A stretch of 64,000 bases of DNA from Mobula hypostoma. Taxonomy: Eukaryota. Shown here piece after piece: positions 50,611 to 64,000 of this stretch (the stretch's first letter is position 1; each line of letters begins with the position of its first letter). The notes beneath the pieces are model-generated. The model saw only the letters and a program-made list of their open reading frames with translations, searched no databases and had not been told where the DNA came from. The translations under genes were made by a program, and so were the position numbers. Location of the stretch: assembly GCF_963921235.1 (NCBI RefSeq), contig NC_086097.1:255566001-255630000 (forward strand), in the 5' to 3' direction.

Positions 50611-53492
50611 CACAGTTAGCCCCATTACTACTTAACACCTTTAATTGGATCTTGCAGAGAGGAGAAACTCCACCTTCCTGGAGAGAAGCGATTATTTCGG
50701 TTATTCCTAAAGAGGGTAAAGATAAACTAGAATGTGGCAATTATCGGCCAATTAGTGTTCTTAATTTAGATTACAAACTATTTACATCTATATTAGCGCG
50801 CAGATTGGAAAAGCTTTTACCTGGCCTAATCCACTTAGACCAGACTGGATTTATTCAACAAAGACAAACACAGGACAACATAAGGAGAACTCTGCACATA
50901 TTAGAACAGGTTAATAAGAACGAGACAGAGACAATGGTAGTAGGATTGGACGCTGAGAAAGCTTTTGATTCGGTTAGTTGGGCATTCCTATACAGAGTGT
51001 TAGGAAGATTCGGCTTTCAAGAAAGCTTTATTAAAGTAATTCAGACTCCATATGACAGCCCTACAGCCCGAATTAAGATAAATGGGGACCTCTCTGACTC
51101 CTTCATCTTAGAGAGAGGCACTAGACAGGGATGCCCAATTTCTCCTCTCCTTTTTGCGCTATATATTGAACCACTTGCCCAACTAATAAGACAGAGCGAA
51201 ATCGTAAAAGGTATCAAGGTGGCAGGGATTAAACAGAAAGTGGCGTTATTCGCAGATGATGTTTTGGTCTATCTGAGTGAACCAGAAAAATCATTTATAG
51301 GATTGTTTACACTGTTGGATGACTTTGGGAAAATATCAGGTTATAAAATAAATGTAAAGAAAACGCAGGTTATGTCCCTAAATTATACACCATCCAAAAA
51401 ATTGCAGGATACATATGATCTTAAGTGGGAAGCTAAATCATTAAAATATTTAGGAATAACCCTGCCGAAGGATCTTTCAACACTGTCACAGGTAAATTAT
51501 GGGCCATTAATCTCAGAGATAAAAGCAGATATGCATAGATGGAATCTTATCCCCTTTTTAAGTTTAAATTCAAGGATAAATACTATAAAAATGAATATTC
51601 TTCCTCGGTTATTGTATCTTTTCCGTACTTTACCGGTGGAGGTGGATGATAATCAATTCAGGGAATGGGACAAATGGATTTCCCGCTTCATTTGGCAAGG
51701 AAGGAAACCTAGAATTCGATATAACACCTTACAGTTAGGGAAGGAAGGAGGAGGTATGGTTCTTCCTTGCCTGAGAAATTATTTTTATGCCTCACAGATA
51801 ACCCCTCTGTTATATTGGTGTAATAGGGAATATAAGGCTAGATGGAAGGAAATAGAACTTGGATTAGTTGACAGTTTTCCTCTTCAGGCCTCAATAGCTG
51901 ACAAAGGATTGATGGCCCAGTTGGAAAAATTTAATAACGCTTGGATAAATCTTACATTAAAAGTATGGCAGAAGGTGGTTAATTCATGTGGAATTAATAA
52001 CATGTTAAAACTCTTTAGATGGTGTGCATATGATACCAAATTCCTTCCCAACAGAGGAGATAAAAGATTTGAGCTATGGATAAAGAAAGGTCTTACAACC
52101 TACCTCTCATTTATAGATAAAAGAGTATTACAAAGTTTCCAAATCCTGCAGGACAAACATGGCCTAGAACATAATGACTTTTTTAGGTACCTTCAAATAC
52201 GAAACTATGTTAACCAGAGTTGTAGATATACAGACCTATCAACAGTAGAATTAGAATTTTTCAAGATTCTGAATTCGGCTGGCAGTTCAATACCTAGTAA
52301 ATCAGTTTCTCGCCTATATAATGCACTCTCCCATGCTAAAAATGTAAATACACTGTATATTAAAGAGAAGTGGGAGAAAGAAGCGGGGTTGGTACTTTCA
52401 GAGGAGGCTTGGGGGAAAATCTGCAGCTTTCAATGGTCCTCGACTAATTCTTTGACTTGGAGAGAACATTGTTGGAAAAACATTATAAGATACTTCAAGA
52501 CCCCATATCAGGAAAAATATAAAGATACAAACGTGATGTGTTGGAGAAGGTGCGGCTCCAAGGAGGCAAATCATTTTCATATTTTCTGGGATTGCCCTAA
52601 ATTAAGTCTATTTTGGGAAGGTACTCATAGAACATTAGTTAAGGTACTTAGGTCCCAGATACCTCTGAACTTTGAGACGCTCTATTTGGGGCATGTATTG
52701 TTCCTTGAACAGAAGGAAGATATAAAGTTGCTGCAGGCCCTCTTAGCAGCAAGTAAGAAATCAATCACTAGAAAATGGCTAAATCCAATACCACCTCCAT
52801 TAGAAGATTGGTACGAAATTATCTTGGAAATATTTAAAATGGAAAAGTTGACTTACTCCCTGAGAACTCAAAAAGAAACATTTTATCAAATCTGGAATAA
52901 ATGGATTGAATATATAACCCCAATGCGAGCAGACTTTAGATGACTCTCCTAATGATTTATATTGCTCTTCTCATCAACACAGTAATATTGCTAACGTAAG
53001 CACCCCTAGTCTAAATGTTTGTTTTTTTTTGGAAAATAGAGAATTAACACAAGTAAAGGGAAAGATTTGGGAAAGGGATAAAAAAAAATGAAAAAATTAA
53101 GTAAATAAGTACATAGGGATTGGATAATTATGTCTGCGGGCAGGAACAAGCATGAACAAATTAGGATATAAACACCTACAATGGTTGGTATATAGGCTTG
53201 TATGCAACATTTTGGACCAGTGGAAATGGTCCAGAAGGGTTGTATGGAAACTATTATTACCATTTTTCTTAACAACTAATTTCATTACTTAGCCTAATAG
53301 GTTAGATTTACCACAGTACATAATTATCTACTTAAATGTTTATTTTCCTTTTATATCATCTCAATGTGTACTTAAGAATGCATAAATAATTGTAGTTTTA
53401 TACATATAAAAAATGGAAAAGGTTATATGTGTGAAAAAAGTACATGATATTTGTGAATTCTTTATCCAAATAAAAATAAAATTTAAAAAAAA
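50611..53492 (+). mobile_element. 5'-truncated L1-clade LINE with uninterrupted ORF2 (RT plus CCHC C-terminus), 3' UTR and poly(A)
   Basis: ORF 50589..52943 has NYRPISVLNLDYK, LDAEKAFD, GTRQGCPISPLLF, FADD and CWRRCG...HFHIFWDC. Tandem AATAAA at 53469-53480. 14-bp TSD GAAAATTAGTGGTC (50597-50610 and 53493-53506). Host is a decayed CR1 at 50330-53890. Confidence 0.95.
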
Positions 53493-53889
53493 GAAAATTA
53501 GTGGTCATCTATGCATAGAGCCAAGAGACTGGGAGATCTGAAATGGATTTTTTTATACGGAAGATGGACACACAGTGAATAAAATGAGGCAAAACAGCGG
53601 TGAGGTCACAGACTATATACAGATTATAGAGGAGGAGGTGTTTGCTCTTGAGGGAAATTAGGGTGGATAAATCCCCAGGGTCTGACAATATGCTCCATCA
53701 GACCTTGTGGGAAACAGCAGAAATTGCAGGGGTCCCAGCAGAGATATTTAAAACATCCTTAGCTATGAGTGCGGTGCTGGAAGTTTGGAGGATAGCTCAT
53801 GTTGTTTCATTGTTTAAGAAAGGCTCCAAGAATAAGCCAGAAAATTATAGGCCAGTGAGCCTGACATCAGAAGTGGGAAAGTTATGGGA

Positions 53890-55710
53890 ATGTACTTTAC
53901 ACTTTATTGTCGCCAAACAATTGGTACTAGAACGTACAATCATCACAGCGATATTTGATTCTGCGCTTCCCACTCCCTGGATTACAAATATTAAATATTA
54001 AAAATAGTTAAAATTAGTAAATACTAAAAATTTAAATTATAAACCATAAATAGAAAATAGAAAAATGGAAAGTAAGGTTGTGCAAAAAAACCGAGAGGCA
54101 GGTCCGGATATTTGGAGGGTACGGCCCAGATCCAGGTCAGGATCCGTTCAGCAGTCTTATCACAGTTGGAAAGAAGCTGTTCCTAAATCTGGCCGAACGA
54201 GTTTTCAAGCTCCTGAACTTCTCCCAGAGGGAAGAGGGACGAAAAGTGCGTTGGCTGGGTGGCTTGTGTCCTTGATTATCCTGGCAGCACTGCTCCAACA
54301 GCGTGCGGTGCAAAGTGAGTCCAAGGACGGAAGATTGGTTTGTGTGATGTGCTGTGCTGTGTTTACGATCTTCTGCAGCTTCTTTCGGTCTTGGACAGGA
54401 CAACTTCCATACCAGGTTGTGATGCACCCTAGAAGAATGCTTTCTACGTGCATCTATAAAAATTAGTGAGGGTTTTAGGCCAAATTTCTTTAGTTTTCTC
54501 AGGAAGTAAAGGTGCTGGTGAGCCTTCTTGGCAGTGAACTCTGCTTGGTTGGACCAAGTCAGGTCATTTGTGATATTGACCCCGAGGAACTTAAAGCTTT
54601 TGACCTGTTCCACTTACGCACCACCGATGTAAATTGGGTCGTGCGGTCCGCTACTCCCTCTGAAGTCAACAACCAATTTCTTCGTCTTGCTGACATTGAG
54701 GGATAGGTTATTGTCTTCGCACCATGCCACCAGGTTCTTAACTTCCTCTCTGTACTCAAACTCATTATTACCCGAGATACGGCCTACAATTGTTGTGTCA
54801 TCAGCAAACTTACATATTGAGTTCGATGGAAACTTGGCTACACAATCATGGGTGTACAGTGAGTACAGCCGGGGGCTGAGTACACAGCCTTGTGGGGCAC
54901 CGGTGCTCAGACTGATTGTAGGGGAGAGTCTGTCCCCTATTTTTACAGCCTGGGTCCTCTCTGTGAGGAAGTTGAAGATCCAGCTGCAGATCTGAATGCT
55001 AAGGCCCAGGTTCCAGAACTTAGGAATCAGTTTATTTGGAATGATGGTATTAAAGGCAGAGCTGTAGTCAATGAAAAGGAGCCTTATGTATGCGTCTTTA
55101 TTCTCCAGGTGTTCTAAGGAGGAATGTAGGGCTAGAGAGATGACATCTGCCGTTGACCTGTTGCTCCGGTAGGTGAATTGCAAAGCGTCAAGGTTGACCG
55201 GTAGGCTGTGGTTGATGTGTGCCATAACTAATCTCTCGAAGCACTTCATAGCAATTGATGTCAGAGCCACAGGTCGATAGTCATTCAGGCATGCCACCTT
55301 GCTCTTCTTTGGCACTGGGATTATCGTTGCCTTCTTAAAACACAAGGGGATCTTAGACTGAAGCAAGGAGCAGTTGAAGATGTCAGCAAACACTCCAGCT
55401 AGCTCACTTTCACAGGTCCGGAGAACCCGTCCTGGCAGGCCATCTGGGCCCGTCGCCTTCCTTGGATTTATCTTCAGGAAGGCCCTTCTAACGTCCTCCT
55501 TGGTGACGATGAATCTCGATGCCACCAGGTCCGGTTCATCTGGAGGGAGTGGGACGCTCCTCTTCTGTTCAAATCTTGCGTAGAATACGTTAAGTTCGTC
55601 AGGAAAAGAAGCGCCACAGTTATTGATATTCCTAGCCTTTTCTTTGCGCCCAGTGATCTCATTTAGACCATGCCATAGTCTACTGGCATCCTTTTGGTTA
55701 GCCTGAGCTT
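53890..55710 (-). mobile_element. 5'-truncated Rex1/Babar LINE with most of the RT
   Basis: ORF 54614..55744 has CLNDYRPVALTSIAMKCFERLV, LFIDYSSAFNTI, GAPQGCVLSP and FADD. It continues after one stop in 54137..54613. Tail AATAAAGTGTAAAGTA. Confidence 0.93.
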
Positions 55711-55924
55711 CGTTGGATGCTGTGTGATTGCCCTGAGCATTCATCCAGTGGGTTGTGTGTTTAAGCTTGCTAAACTATTATTCGTCAAGTGATTGAGATA
55801 TGTGGTTATAGACGCTGCAGGGGTTGAGTGGTGGTGCAAATCCATGGGGTTACCAGTAATGAATATGTGCATTGAGTAAGGTAGACATTCGTAGCTCCAA
55901 TGAATTGTTAACTTGGACTTAAAT

Positions 55925-57840
55925 ACCAATGGCAGCTATCCTTTAGCCAAGTTTCAGAGATTGGCACAACTTCATATTTGCCAATCTGTAGCTGAATTTC
56001 AAGATCGTCCGTTTTATTTCTTATGCTGCGTGCATTCAAATACAACACTTTCAGTCCAGTATTTATTGCTTTCTGTTTTAACTGCACCATACCTCTATTG
56101 CCCTGTAACTCATCCCACTGGCTGTGATTATGCCTCATCTCCTGCATGTCCTTTCTATCATCTCAGTTGCATGCTATTTTTGATTTATTTCCGCTTTCCC
56201 CTTCCTCAGCTCTATCACTCCAGTTCCCATCCCCCTGTCAAATTAGTTTAAACCATCCCAAACAGCTTTATTAAACCTGCCTGCCTACTAGGATATTGGA
56301 TCCTTTTGGGTTCAGGTGTAACCTGTCCTTCTTGTACAGGTTGTACCTCCCCCAGAAGAGGCCCCAGTGTTACAGGAACCTGAAGCCCTGCCCCCTACAC
56401 CAGTCTCTCAGCCACACATTAATATGCCCAATCATGCTATTCTTGCACTCAGTAGCAGTGGTACAGGCAGCAATCCCGAGATTACTACCCTGGAGGACTT
56501 GCTTTTCACCTTCCTACCTAACTCCCTGAATTCTCTTCAGGACCTCCTCCCTTCTTCTACCTATGTTATTGGTACCAACATGTACCAAGACTTCCAGCTG
56601 TTCACCCTCTCCCTTCAGAATATTCTGCACCCGATCTGAAACATCCCATACCCTGGCACCTGGGAGGCAACACACTACGTGGGTATCTTTATCAGACTGA
56701 CAGAACCTCCTGTCTGTTTCCCTCACTATTGAATTCCCTATGACTACCACGTTCCTCATCTTCTTCTTCTCTCCCTTCTGCACCACAGAACCAGGCTCGA
56801 TGCCACAGACCCTATTGCTTTGGTTGTCTTCTGTCAGGTCACTCTAACAGTATCCAAAACTAGATAGCGATTATATAAGAACATAAGAAAAAGGAGTAGG
56901 CCATTCAGCCCATTGAGCCTGCCCCGCCATTCAATAAGATCATGGCTGATCTGTCCGCAAACTCAGCTCCATCTACCTGCCTTTTCCCCATAACCCTTAA
57001 TTCCCTACTATGCAAAAATCTATTTAACTATATCTTAAATATATTTAGTGAAGAAGCCTCAACTGATTCCCTGGGCAGAGAATTCCACAGATTCACCACT
57101 CTCTGGGAAAAACAGTTTCTCCTCATCTCTGTCCTAAATCTTCTTCCCTGAATCTTGAGGCAATGCCCCCAGTTCTAGTCTCACCTACCATCGGAAACAA
57201 CTTTCCTACTTCTATCTTATCTATCCCTTTCAAAATTTTGTATGTTTCCATAAGATCCCCTCTCATTCTTCTGAACTCCAGAGAGTATAGTCCCAGGCGA
57301 CTCAATCTCTCCTCATAGGTTAACCCCTTCATCTCTGGAATCAACCTGGTGAACCTCCTCTGCACTGCCTCCAAAGCCAGTATATCCTTCCTCAAGTATA
57401 GAGACCAGAACTGCACACAGTACTCCGGGTGCGGCCTCACCAGTACCCCGTATAGTTGCAGCATGACCTCCCTGCTCTTAAATTCAATCTCTCTGAGGGG
57501 GATGGCCAGAGGGGTGCTCTCTACTACCTGAGCTCTTCGCATCCCTTCCCCGACAGTCACCCACTTGTCTAACTCCTGCTCACTTTCCCTTACAAGCTGT
57601 AGGTCATCGAGCCACAGCCACAACTCCAGATCCCTAACACGGTCTCCCAGAAGCAGCATCTCGGAGCACCTGGCGCAGATGTGCTCATCTGGGAGACTGG
57701 AAGATTCCCAGGGCAAAGTCCTAACCCTACCGACATGCTCTCTATTCCTCCAAAAATAAATAAAATGCAAGGGAGGAGAAAAAAAAGCAAAGTTCACCTA
57801 CCTATTTATCTCGCCAAAGCCCGAATGAGCCAAAGCCCTA
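55925..57840 (-). mobile_element. CR1 pieces: ORF1 esterase plus EN start (55925-56870), a 3' fragment (56875-57490) and an ORF1 N-terminus with 5' UTR (57490-57840)
   Basis: VVIGNSIVR...VHVGTNNIG, LKVLYLNARSIRNK, LVRPHPEYCVQFWS and HICARC peptides. Confidence 0.85.
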
Positions 57841-58039
57841 CCGTTCTGCCCTCAGACCACTCCGTCAATGACCGCTCAGCTAGGCAGCATCTCCCTTTTA
57901 TGCCTGAACCTTCCCAGCTCTCCAACTTACGACTGGTGTGCTGGTTATAGCCGAGTTCCCGCGAAGCTTTCCCCTTTTAAACTTCGCTCCCAGACCCGTG
58001 TGCTGCCTCTTCTCTCAGAGCTCTCCAACTCACGTTTGG

Positions 58040-61000
58040 TGGGCCAGCCATTCAGGGATGGGATCCAATTAATCCTTCCCGCTGCTGGCCCTTCGGTTCC
58101 CCAACGTTGCCACACAGTCCTCCCACTAGGTCAGGTTCTGGGTCAACACGTACCTCTTGTCCCAGAGGTAGGTGGTGGCTCTGATGGAGAATCTTAACAG
58201 GCTCATTCCCATCCTCTGGTTTCACGCTGAAAACTGGTATATTTGGCATCTGACCCTCCACTATGTAGGGAGTAGCCACCCAGCAGTTGATAGAGTAGAG
58301 GGATAGGTAAATATGGGTATAGACTAAGAACAATGATTAGATAATGATCAATTACCTTATGATATTGTCGCTGGGTAAGTCAGAAAGAAACACTACCCAA
58401 CAACAGGTGACGTACTAGGCATTGTTCTCTGAATATGCTGGACAAAGGTTCAAATAAGGAATTATCTGGTCATACAAAAACATCTCAAGGTATAACTAAG
58501 TATGGGAAGGATAGCGTAGGGGATAGAATGTTCGAGAGAAAAGGGAAGGTGTCAATATAGAGAACTGATGTTGTATCCAGGCTAGCTTTGGTAGAAATTA
58601 ATTATAACTAACCAATGATGATTTTACATCTAATAGTATATTAACATGTGATCGAAACTATTCTAAAAATGTCTTAACTCGCGTAATTGTAAGATTTCCT
58701 GTGGACGTAATGGTTAATGTTATAAATTGTGAAGAATTGTGATTCGGGGGAGGGTAGTGTCCGGACTGGCTCTTTGGGAGATCAGTCTGTAACTTCCCCA
58801 TAGCATGCTATAAATAAAGAGTAACGCTTGAGAAAGTATTGCTTGTGTTATTGTGTTTGTGGTATCTGCACTCTCGCATCAGGTCGATCCGCCTTGACAC
58901 AGTCAACCAACTTATACTTCCTAGGTAGCCCCAAATTATTTATGAGGACTTGGTCTTCAGGCATTAGTTGGGAGAACTTAACCTTTTGATTATACCTCCT
59001 CTTATTTCTTTGATTCTGCTTGGCAGCCGAGACCACAGTTCAGTTTCCTCCTCACATCAGACACACACTTCAGTTAAGTTTTCTGTTGTAGATCTTCCCC
59101 ACCAGTCCCAAAACAGAGTTCAATAGGCAAACCTCGCTTCGTGACAAAACATCAGATAATACAGCGAGTACCCTGTAGCTTCATCCTGCATTCAGTTGTA
59201 GCAGTGGACCAGATGGCCACTTGTTCTTTTTACTAATCTCCAAGGTTCCGAGCATGTCTAGCAAGGTCCTATTAAACCTTTCGGGCTGGGGATCACCCTA
59301 CAGGTGGTAAGGTGCAGTCCTCAACTTCGACTCCAAGCATGCTCAGTTGCTCACGTAAAAGCCTACTTTCGAAATCTCGTCCCCGATCACTATGTATCCG
59401 CCTGTGGAGCCCATAATAAATGAAATACTTCTCCCATAACACTTTAGCCGCTGTGGACGTCTTCTGGTCCTTAGTAGGGAAAGCTTGTGCATATCCGGTG
59501 CAGTGATCCATAATGACCAAGACATTCGCCATGTTGCTGCCATCTGGCCCTATTGACAGGAAACCCATACACACCAGGTCAAGTGGCCCCGCACTCTGCA
59601 AGTGGGACAATGGAGCAGCCCTTGTAGGCAGTGTCTTCCTCCGTATACATCAAATGCACGACCTGCTGTACTCTTCAACCTCCGGCTTCATCCAGGGCCA
59701 GGAGAACCGATCTCCAAACAATTCATAGGTCTTGTCAACCCCCAAATGGCCAAAATCATCTCAAAGTGACTTCAACACAATCCTCCGATACTTCTCAGAC
59801 AGAACCCGCTGGGAACGCTGAGGCCAATCTGGAGTCAACGTGACCCGGTATAGAATCTGGTTCCTCAATGCCGATCTGGACCATTCTCTCGGTGGTAGAG
59901 ACACTGCAGAGCATTTCATCTTGTCTGCTTGAGCCATGTCCCCTTTCGCAACCACTCACCACACCGTATCGCTGCACGGGTCATCTCGCTGAGTGGCTGC
60001 CACTTCCCCAGGACTCAATTGTGGCAACTGCTTCGTCTCCAGAGCAGTCAGGTTGCATTAAGCTTGTGAAATGGCACCATCAAAAGCTCCCAAAATGATT
60101 TATCGCTCGATCTGCCCTTGCCTTTCCTCTGCCTTCCCTGTGATGGAAAATCGGCACATGGTTTGGACTCCAGGGGCAGGAACACTCTTCCACTCTCCGT
60201 CCCTGTCCAGCTCTCCCTGTGCATGTCAGGACAACATGTCAGCATCAATGTCCCAACTCCCCAGCAGGTACTTCAGGCTGAAATCATAGGCAGACAACAC
60301 CACCAATCACTGACAGCCTGTGGCATCCTATTTCGCCAAGGCCAGGATACAAGTTCATGGGTTGTTGTCCATCCCCACCTCGAACTGGCACCATATAGTC
60401 ACATAGCTTATCCATCACAGTCCATTTCAGTGCCATGAACTTCAATTTTGTGCATGGGGTAGTTTTGCTCCAGCTGACAAATGGCGACAGGTCTCAACCC
60501 CGTGCCCTGATACAGAACACCACACCCCCCCACCCCCGGAAGCTATTTCTGCTGGCATCTGTATGCAATACAAACTGCAACCAGGGGTCTGCAAAAGCCA
60601 ACACAAGCACTTTCATCAGCAGTTCCTTCAGCAACTGAAAAGCCTCTTCACATTTCGAATCCCACCTTGCTCCAAAAGACTCTGAAGGGCCAAGATAATC
60701 TTTACCACCCTCTCCTTTCATCCCCAAAGGAGGGTAACCACACACAAACTGATTTAAAGAGTGACTCACTTCAGAGTACTCTTTCACGAACCTCCACTAG
60801 TATCCACAGAACCCAAGGAAGCTCAGTCTAGGGCCTTGGCCTTGTGGTCACTGTGTCTATTTTAGCCGGATCCATAGCTACATGAGACTATGTGCCCTAC
60901 ATCGTTGACAGACACTTTGCAGAACTGGCCCTTGTCCAGGGCAAGTTTTAACTCTTCAGCTTTCACGTGGTCTAGTACCTTCAGTAGCCTCGCTTCATGT

Positions 61001-62188
61001 TCCTCCAAGGTGGACCTGAACACTGAGATCATCCACGCACATTCGGAGACCCCAAGCGATCATGTCCTGTGACTCTGTGCCTTTTGCCACTTGGTCCATT
61101 CTTAACTAATTCAGCTCAGCCGTTTAAATGGTTCCCCCCCACCCCACAAGTAATTTACCTGCTTCTCTACCTGAAAAATGTAGGCGGAACGTTTCTTCCT
61201 CTTCTCCTGAAACACGTTCTGAAACCCCATCATAAGCTCCACTATGCTTCCCGTTGCAGCAAAAACTTTTTCTAGCGCTTCCACATAGCCCGCAGAAGTA
61301 GCAAAAGGGTTCTATGCCTTTAAGGATCCACTGCTATTACATCAGCGCTCGTCTGAACTAAAACAAAGTCTTTGCCTACCATTTTGTTAAACCTCTGCTC
61401 CATGATTGTAACTGTTCCTAATGCCTTTCGTGGTACTTCAGTCCAAATCAACAATTCATTGGAACTATGAATGTCTACCCTACTCAATACACACACACAT
61501 TCGTTACCGGTAACCCCATGGATTCACACCACCACTCAACCCTTGCAGTGTCCATAACCATGCATCTAAATCACTTTGCCAAATAATAGTTTAACAAGCA
61601 TAAATACAAACCCACTGATCAATGCTCAGGGCAATCACACAGCATCCAACGAAAACAATCAGTACATACCTCCACATATGAAACCCTGTTGGTTTCCTTG
61701 GTTGTGCTAGTTTAGGGAATACATACTCTGGTCCCACCAAACCCATGAGATTGAAACCACTCTCCCACCCCAAACCGCAGTTGGTATGGATGCTGTGCAA
61801 TTTGTTACCTTGTTACAACTCAGTGCCAAGAAATAACAGACAGCATGCCGCACACGATTACAGGAATTATATTTATGAATCTCAACTTAAAAGGCTAGTA
61901 ATGAAAAGAAAGATAAAACAAAGAGCCCACTATATTTAAACAGTCAAATGTACACAAGTTGGAGCTCAACTCTTCCAAAAGACCAATCCTCAGTCAACTA
62001 TGGCACCTTACTCCATCAAGTCACAGATCCTATGACCGGTTCTCTCCAGCATCTTCCCTCTTCATCTCCCACTGAACGAAGAATCCAGCTCACATTCCAA
62101 AACACCCATTATCTCTAACCATAATCCAAACACTACTTCTACAGAAAGACCATTATGTTAGCAGTGAAAACTTTTCCAGGGTGTTACA
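58040..62188 (-). mobile_element. Decayed Gypsy LTR retrotransposon: 5' LTR (about 61679-62188), PNMA-like gag start, RT/RNase H/integrase remnants
   Basis: LTR TGTAACACCCT...AGGGTTTCA followed by TATGTGGAGG (PBS-like). Gag start MDTARVEWWCESMGLP. LAFADP.LQFVLHTDAS (RNase H). PLDLVCM.FL...DHCTGYAQAFPT...IHSDRGRDFES (integrase). Confidence 0.88.
58288..58899 (+). mobile_element. Solo LTR (612 bp), ERV-like architecture, inserted into the Gypsy integrase C-terminus
   Basis: TG...CA termini, 4-bp TSD CAGT (58284-58287 and 58900-58903), TATAAA near 58720, AATAAA near 58813. Removing it restores KYKLVDCWVATPYIV. Confidence 0.8.
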
Positions 62189-62282
62189 CCACTAATAATT
62201 TTGCTATACAAAAGGCCAATTCAAGACGTAATATGCTATCGGACTTACAAAGACTGTGCCAGAAAAGTTAATTGATGTTTAG

Positions 62283-64000
62283 AAACATAGAAACATAGAA
62301 AATAGGTGCAGGAGTAGGCCATTCGGCCCTTCAAGCCTGCACCGCCATTTATTATGATCATGGCTGATCATCCAACTCAGAACCCAGCCTTCCCTCCATA
62401 GCCCCTGACCCCTGTAGCCACAAGGGCCATATCTAACTCCCTCTTAAACATAGCCAATGAACTGGCCTCAACAGTTTGCTGTGGCAGAGAATTCCACAGA
62501 TTCACCACTCTCTGTGTGAAGAAGTTTTTCCTAATCTCGGTCCTAAAAGGCTTCCACTCTATCCTCAAACTGTGACCCCTCGTTCTGGACCTCCCCAACA
62601 TCGGGAACAATCTTCCCGCATCTAGCCTGTCCAATCCCTTTAGGATCTTGTACGTTTCAATCAGATCCCCCCTCAATCTTCTAAATTCCAACCAGTACAA
62701 GCCCAGTTCACCCAGTCTTTCTTCATATGAAAGACCTGCCATCCCAGGAATCAATCTGGTGAACCTTCTCTGTACTCCCTCTATGGCAAAGATGTCTTTC
62801 CTCAGATTAGGAGACCAAAACTGCACACAATACTCCAGGTGTGGTCTCACCAAGGCCTTGTACAACTGCAGTAGTACCTCCCTGCTCCTGTACTCGAATC
62901 CTCTCGCTATAAATGCCAGCATACCATTCGCCTTTTTCACCGCCTGCTGTACCTGCATGCCCACTTTCAATGACTGGTGTATAATGACACCCAGGTCTCG
63001 TTGCACCTCCCCTTTTCCTAATCGGCCACCATTCAGATAATAATCTGTTTTCCTATTTTTGCCACCGAAGTGGATAACTTCCCATTTATCCACATTAAAT
63101 TGCATCTGCCATGAGTTTGCCCACTCACCCAACCTATCCAAGTCACCCTGCATCCTCTTAGCATCCTCCTCACTGCTAATACTGCCACCCAGCTTCGTGT
63201 CATCCGCAAACTTGGAGATGCTGCATTTAATTCCCTCATCCAAGTCATTAATATATATTGTAAACAACTGGGGTCCCAGCACTGAGCCTTGCGGTACCCC
63301 ACTAGTCACCGCCTGCCATTCTGAAAAGGTTCCGTTTATTCCCACTCTTTGCTTCCTGTCTGCTAACCAATTCTCCACCCACACCAATACCTTACCCCCA
63401 ATACCGTGTGCTTTAAGTTTGCACACTAATCTCCTGTGTGGGACCTTGTCAAAAGCCTTTTGAAAATCCAAATATACCACATCCACTGGTTCTCCCCTAT
63501 CCACTCTACTAGTTACATCCTCAAAAAATTCTATGAGATTCGTCAGACATGATTTTCCTTTCACAAATCCATGCTGACTTTGTCCGATCATTTCACCGCT
63601 TTCCAAATGTGCTGTTATCACATCCTTGATAACTGACTCCAGCAGTTTCCCACCACCGACGTTAGGCTAACCGGCCTATAATTCCCCGGTTTCTCTCTCC
63701 CTCCTTTTTTAAAAAGTGGGGTTACATTAGCCACCCTCCAATCCTCAGGAACTAGTCCAGAATCTAACGAGTTTTGAAAAATTATCACTAATGCATCCAC
63801 TATTTCTTGGGCTACCTCCTTAAGCACTCTAGGATGCAGACCATCTGGCCCTGGGGATTTATCTGCCTTCAATCCCTTCAATTTACCTAACACCACTTCC
63901 CTACTAACATGTATTTCACTCAGTTCCTCCATCTCACTGGACCCTCTGTCCCTTACTATTTCTGGAAGATTATTTATGTCCTCCTTAGTGAAGACAGAAC
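62283..64000 (-). mobile_element. Young CR1 LINE, RT and 3' UTR; runs off the window edge
   Basis: ORFs 63618..63932 and 62377..63621 (414 aa) are separated by a single frameshift. Tail (TTTCTATG)n at 62283-62303. Confidence 0.95.

Noticed and set aside
61370..61560. Possible upstream SMARCC1 (chromo-like domain) exon
   Set aside because: It translates as the Gypsy gag start. No WMNEEDYE-type exon was found between 49 and 64 kb, so that exon is probably outside the window.

Overview
Eukaryotic, not prokaryotic. The window is the interior of a vertebrate SMARCC1 (BAF155, SWI/SNF core subunit) gene on the minus strand. Nine coding exons lie between 48983 and 5065. All are GT-AG, their phases match, and they splice into one open frame of about 311 codons running from the basic/acidic linker through the SWIRM domain to just before the SANT domain. 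The start and end of the gene are outside the window. The introns are packed with nested transposable elements: many CR1 LINE fragments, Rex1/Babar LINEs, one young 5'-truncated L1-clade LINE with a 14-bp TSD, a decayed Gypsy element, three solo LTRs with 4-bp TSDs, Tc1, Tigger/pogo and hAT DNA transposons, a V-SINE and a tRNA-Arg-derived SINE. This repeat mix suggests a cartilaginous fish such as a ray or shark (inference only). The most notable non-coding signal is a family of five short Penelope-like insertions. Two have 13-bp TSDs and one forms a 47-bp hairpin. Their pooled consensus spells a minimal hammerhead ribozyme, and one copy starts almost exactly at the predicted cleavage site. 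Also notable is reciprocal nesting between Tigger and hAT miniature elements. Family assignments rest on motif recognition from memory; no database searches were run, and boundaries of decayed repeats are approximate.
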